Below, piece by piece: positions 60,455 to 64,000 of a DNA stretch of 64,000 bases. The position numbers and the translations under genes are program-made. The stretch spans positions 160,001 through 224,000 of the forward strand of contig CAZLEV010000003.1 of assembly GCA_964558645.1 (NCBI GenBank). The letters are read 5' to 3'. Under the pieces are notes generated by a model, which saw only the letters and a list, made by a program, of their open reading frames with translations, searched no databases and was not told the DNA's origin. The stretch comes from an uncultured archaeon. GTDB taxonomy: Archaea; Asgardarchaeota; Thorarchaeia; Thorarchaeales; Thorarchaeaceae. Within the stretch, counting starts at the first letter, position 1; each line of letters opens with the position of its first letter.

Positions 60455-61045
60455 ATGCCTCGAAGTATCTGGTTGTCCAAGAAAGGGCTTCTGTATCTGT
60501 CCTCCATTATACTGCTCCTTGGGGGTGGTGCGGTCATCCTTAGTGCACCCTATCACTATTATGGCTTCGTGGCTGGAGAGGGTGATAGACAACCATTCGA
60601 CATCTGGAATCTTCCTGGGTACTATGAGCAGTTGGAGATCTCTGTCACTGTTGGGGCCGTGAACGTTTCTGTCATATCTGTGGACTTCAGGATTGTGGAA
60701 AACCGAACAGATGAAGTGTACATTCTCAACATGACTCTCGACTCACAAGACACTATACCAGGCAGCAATCCGCCGGTTCGCGTTAAGAGAGAGGTAATTG
60801 ATGTTCCATACGGCAATTATACAATATACATAGATAGTGTGGAAGGTGCTAGCTCGATGGATATCAGCTACAAACAGCTAAGTGATTCCCGTACCTACAT
60901 TGTCACTGGTGGGATGATGAATATCATCGGCCTTGCAGCTGGTCTGATCGGTTGGTGTGTATCGGGGTCGGTCATTTCACGTGATCAAGAGATTGTTGTT
61001 GATTGGCAGTATGAGGAAGAATCTGGGCAATATACTGAGGAGTAA
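60455..61045 (+). CDS. Hypothetical protein with two TM helices flanking an extracellular beta domain
   Basis: TM helices at both ends, beta-rich middle with N-x-S/T sequons. Confidence 0.75.
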   Translation: MPRSIWLSKKGLLYLSSIILLLGGGAVILSAPYHYYGFVAGEGDRQPFDIWNLPGYYEQLEISVTVGAVNVSVISVDFRIVENRTDEVYILNMTLDSQDTIPGSNPPVRVKREVIDVPYGNYTIYIDSVEGASSMDISYKQLSDSRTYIVTGGMMNIIGLAAGLIGWCVSGSVISRDQEIVVDWQYEEESGQYTEE

Positions 61046-61097
61046 GGCGCAGTCCTCTTTCAGCGTCATCTTAGGAGACGTAATCTGCCAATTTACT

Positions 61098-61130
61098 TAC
61101 ATAATTATCTGTACATAACAATGTATATAT
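61098..61130 (+). promoter_or_regulatory. Candidate operator overlapping the TATA of the HTH gene
   Basis: TACATAA direct repeat (61098, 61112) and TACAT-N4-ATGTA inverted repeat running into TATATAT. Confidence 0.45.
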
Positions 61131-61157
61131 TTGAGTAGGGTCGTATCTGTAGATTGA

Positions 61158-61469
61158 GTGAACCTGATGCAAAACGGTCCTGATATCTCAAGAGTTGGCA
61201 TCTCCGATGCTATGAGCATGGTACTGAAGGTCCTGAGTGAAGGAACTGCTCTCTCCATCTCCGAACTTGCACGAAAGACCGGTCTTGATCGGAGAACGGT
61301 AGACAAGGTCGTCGACATGCTGCTTGAAGCGCAGAACGCATTAAGTTTCAAGAAGCTCACAAAGAGGAAACTCGGTCGAAGCTATGCGGTAGCGCTCAGA
61401 GAGCGAACCAAGAAGGCAAAGGAACGGATTTCCAATGCTGGCAAGCGTCTGAAGAGAGGTAGAGACTGA
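61158..61469 (+). CDS. Small winged-HTH DNA-binding protein
   Basis: VLKVLSEGTALSISELARKTGLDRRTVDKVVDML; very basic C-terminus. Confidence 0.82.
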   Translation: MNLMQNGPDISRVGISDAMSMVLKVLSEGTALSISELARKTGLDRRTVDKVVDMLLEAQNALSFKKLTKRKLGRSYAVALRERTKKAKERISNAGKRLKRGRD

Positions 61470-61471
61470 CC

Positions 61472-61996
61472 GTGTCTGTCAAGGTTGGAATCTTTCTTAC
61501 CGCATCTATGACGCTATTAGGTGCTGTTACGAGCTACTCTCTCTGGCTTGCATATGGTGGGAGTGTTGGTGTACAGGTGCTAGTGACTCTGCTTATAGCG
61601 TCAGTAGGTGAGCACTACGTATCAGGGAAAGGATACTATCACTACACTCCGAAGAATGGAGTCTTCATCGGACGAGTACCCCTTTGGATCCCCTTCATGT
61701 GGGTCTTTGTGGTTCAGCTCACATATCTGATTCCTCTCTCATTGGGGGTCTCAGGTCATGGTCTTTCTGTCGTTGCGGGTCTCCTGGGATTGGTTCTCGA
61801 TATGGTTATGGTTGAGCCGATTCTCTGCAGAATGAGAGAACTATGGAGTTGGACTCCCGTTCCCGGGGGCTACTTCAGTTTCGTGCCTGCTCAGCTGAAC
61901 AGGTTCATAGCACCGTTCGGCAACTACTTCGTGTGGTTTGTATTTCCGTTCCTGATGACCTTACTCCTGCAACTCTGTCACATAGTACTGTCTTGA
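61472..61996 (+). CDS. CruF/DUF422-like membrane protein (carotenoid-hydratase-like)
   Basis: GE....G.Y.Y, GRVPLWIPFMW, LDMVMVEP..LWSW, PFGNYFVWF match the family pattern as I recall it. Confidence 0.65.
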   Translation: MSVKVGIFLTASMTLLGAVTSYSLWLAYGGSVGVQVLVTLLIASVGEHYVSGKGYYHYTPKNGVFIGRVPLWIPFMWVFVVQLTYLIPLSLGVSGHGLSVVAGLLGLVLDMVMVEPILCRMRELWSWTPVPGGYFSFVPAQLNRFIAPFGNYFVWFVFPFLMTLLLQLCHIVLS

Positions 61997-62079
61997 CCCG
62001 ACTAGAGCACCGTTGTGTGTGTTACCACAGACTTGTCCCTGTTGTACACAATCTAATCTAGTGTTCTGGCCTCTAACAC

Positions 62080-62325
62080 TTGATGAGTACTATGCACGAG
62101 GATGCGATAAAGTGGGTCTTGAAGAACAAAGTCGTCTGCGACTTCCGAGGCTATCCTGTTGGAAGGGTCAAGAAGCTGTGGCTTGACGACGCCAAAGGCC
62201 CCTTGGTGATTGTGGAACGTCGTACTGACCCTATGGCTAGGGCAAGATGGGAGGCAATTCCTCTGACAGCAGTCCACTCAGTATCTGATGAGGTGCGACT
62301 CAAACCACCAGTGTTTGCAGAGTGA
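62080..62325 (+). CDS. PRC-barrel domain protein
   Basis: LKNKVVCDFRGYPVGRVKKLWLD...IPLTAVHSVSDEVRLK. Start may be a later ATG. Confidence 0.75.
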   Translation: MMSTMHEDAIKWVLKNKVVCDFRGYPVGRVKKLWLDDAKGPLVIVERRTDPMARARWEAIPLTAVHSVSDEVRLKPPVFAE

Positions 62326-62385
62326 GCAACTGTCGATATCATGAGCATAAATCGCATCATTCTGACATAGACGGAGGAATATGCA

Positions 62386-62742
62386 GTGAAGACCGATATT
62401 GAATGCAGACGTCAGGATTATGAACAAGCTGAACTGGACAATGAAGACAACCTGGGGAAGATACTGGTGTTCACCAGCAGACAGTGCCCATTTTGTGGTG
62501 AGGCCCTCCGTTTGGCAAGGGAAGCCGCAGCTCGCCTCCACTACTACTCTGAACACCTTGAAGTCATCGAAACCCGAATAGAGAATAATCGGGATGCTTT
62601 GGAACAGTATAGAATAACAGCGATTCCGACCATAAGAATCGGACGAGCGACAATCACAGGTCTCCCAAAAGTCGAAGATGTTGAGCAAATAATCCACGAG
62701 GTGATGCTCACTGATAGACTGGTGCCCTCAGGGATGCACTAG
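62386..62742 (+). CDS. Thioredoxin/glutaredoxin-like protein
   Basis: VFTSRQCPFC, cis-Pro loop YRITAIPT, GLP; GGAGGAA plus 6 nt before the GTG. Confidence 0.88.
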   Translation: MKTDIECRRQDYEQAELDNEDNLGKILVFTSRQCPFCGEALRLAREAAARLHYYSEHLEVIETRIENNRDALEQYRITAIPTIRIGRATITGLPKVEDVEQIIHEVMLTDRLVPSGMH

Positions 62743-62787
62743 GATTCTGAAAAGGACTCTCCTTTGATGGTTATGGAATTAGATAGA

Positions 62788-63534
62788 TTACAGATTCAGG
62801 ATGCTCTGTGCATTCCTCTCTGTGATAAGTCGGATTGTTTCAACATTCAGATTGATCATGTTCAAGCTGGCCATCAGATCCTGATACTCTGAATGATGTT
62901 CTGACCCAAAAACTAGCTTCCTTACTCCAAGATCCTGAATCAACGCATCAAGAAATACGCGAAGGGGGGATTCCACGAGCTTCGGCAGAGTCACTGATAT
63001 CTCTAGCCACACGTTGTTTCTTGCTATGAGAGGGATGAGCTTCGAGAAACCGAAGAGCCCTCCCATATGAAGCACAACAAACTCGGCATAGGGATGTGTC
63101 AGTGACAGACGGTCAAGAAAGCCGATTACCTCATTTGATATTTCCTTGTGGTGGAAGTAGATTGCAAGACCCTTCTCGACTGCCATCTGAGCGACAGCAT
63201 ACGCGGCAGGGTCAGATGGATGATACATTTGTTCGTCAAAGACGAAGGCCTTGCAGCCTTGATCTGCGAACTGAGCGATTCTTTCTCTTGCTAGGTTGAT
63301 TGGTCTCGGCATAACGGAGCAGGCAAACTCCAGCCTATCAGGTTGCATCTCGGCTGCTTCAACGTAGAGTTCTGTTGGTACTTTGTACTCTATTGGAGTC
63401 AGTACGGTCTTCTCTACATTGTAGTCGTCCATTCTTTCTATGAGCAAATCTACGTTCTCGTCAAGGGTGTCACGTGTTACCCTATCTACATTCATTCGGT
63501 CCGGACCTAGATGACAATGGATATCTATTGTCAA
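62788..63534 (-). CDS. Amidohydrolase-2 family metal-dependent hydrolase
   Basis: IDIHCHLG, VVLHMGG, NVWLEIS, KLVFGSE, NAQSIL. Confidence 0.85.
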   Translation of the reverse strand: MTIDIHCHLGPDRMNVDRVTRDTLDENVDLLIERMDDYNVEKTVLTPIEYKVPTELYVEAAEMQPDRLEFACSVMPRPINLARERIAQFADQGCKAFVFDEQMYHPSDPAAYAVAQMAVEKGLAIYFHHKEISNEVIGFLDRLSLTHPYAEFVVLHMGGLFGFSKLIPLIARNNVWLEISVTLPKLVESPLRVFLDALIQDLGVRKLVFGSEHHSEYQDLMASLNMINLNVETIRLITERNAQSILNL

Positions 63535-63601
63535 TTTGGCAACCCTATCCTCTGTACACTGCCCTTCCTTTTCTTTTCGTGTATTATGTGAGCGAACATC
63601 A

Positions 63602-63615
63602 TCTCTATATAGAGA
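63602..63615. promoter_or_regulatory. Perfect 14-bp palindrome centred on TATATA in a divergent promoter
   Basis: TCTCTATATAGAGA. Confidence 0.5.
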
Positions 63616-63637
63616 CTAGACTAGCTAAAGCTGATTC

Positions 63638-64000
63638 ATGTTGAATTCAGATGACGAAACCTCTCAACTCGGAACACGCTTGCAGAACATGGTCGACGAG
63701 ATGAATGAAGATAGATACATGCTCATGGAATACCTCGGTCCTGTGGTCGATGGATGCCGTGCGGCACTTCAGATGGATGTTGAGAGCGCAAAGAAACTGG
63801 ACACCATGAGTGAACAAGAATTCGATGAAGTCCTGAACACAGCAGGTGACTCATTTCAGGACGTAGCCTTCTGTATCACCACTCTTGGAGGCAATTCACA
63901 GTTTTCGGTCGTCTTTGAAGAAGGCGTGGCATCTCTAGAACAAGGTTGCCATCATGAGGGTGTCGTCATGTCAGCCCCAGAGGATGTTCTCCTGGAGCTT
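63638..64000 (+). CDS. Hypothetical protein, possibly SCP2-like; runs off the right edge
   Basis: Translated by hand as an open 121-codon frame, MLNSDDETSQLG...FSVVFEEGVASLEQGCHHEGVVMSAPEDVLLEL. Confidence 0.7.
   Translation, partial: MLNSDDETSQLGTRLQNMVDEMNEDRYMLMEYLGPVVDGCRAALQMDVESAKKLDTMSEQEFDEVLNTAGDSFQDVAFCITTLGGNSQFSVVFEEGVASLEQGCHHEGVVMSAPEDVLLEL

Overview
A gene-dense archaeal chromosomal window. The GGAGG(A/T)G Shine-Dalgarno sites, BRE/TATA-like promoters, archaeal ATP-dependent DNA ligase and 7TM-longin fusion point to an Asgard archaeon, probably Thorarchaeia; this is an inference, no search was run. About 60% of the window (~39 kb) encodes secreted or membrane-anchored surface proteins. 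(1) A giant two-gene operon. The first gene (~2160 aa if rejoined) is split by an apparent -1 frameshift near 7475 and encodes amphipathic helices, amphipathic beta-strands, ~26 DxDxDG Ca-binding repeats, a TM helix and a Lys-rich tail. It is coupled to a ~2700-aa FG-GAP multi-beta-propeller protein. (2) Five paralogous beta-helix surface proteins: four full-length (~1200-1250 aa, with Ig-like stalks) in tandem and one truncated at the left edge, each with its own promoter. (3) A DUF3160-like protein, a C39-like peptidase, a circularly permuted family-5 solute-binding protein and a penicillin-acylase-family hydrolase. The rest are housekeeping or metabolic genes (2-hydroxyacid dehydrogenase, LLM oxidoreductase, GNAT, radical SAM/SPASM, YyaL-like, OYE, DNA ligase, thioredoxin, amidohydrolase), HTH regulators, a degenerate membrane histidine kinase and small membrane proteins. 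Two genes appear to start at AUU. I recognised no rRNA, tRNA, CRISPR array or mobile element. All family calls come from motif recognition by eye.
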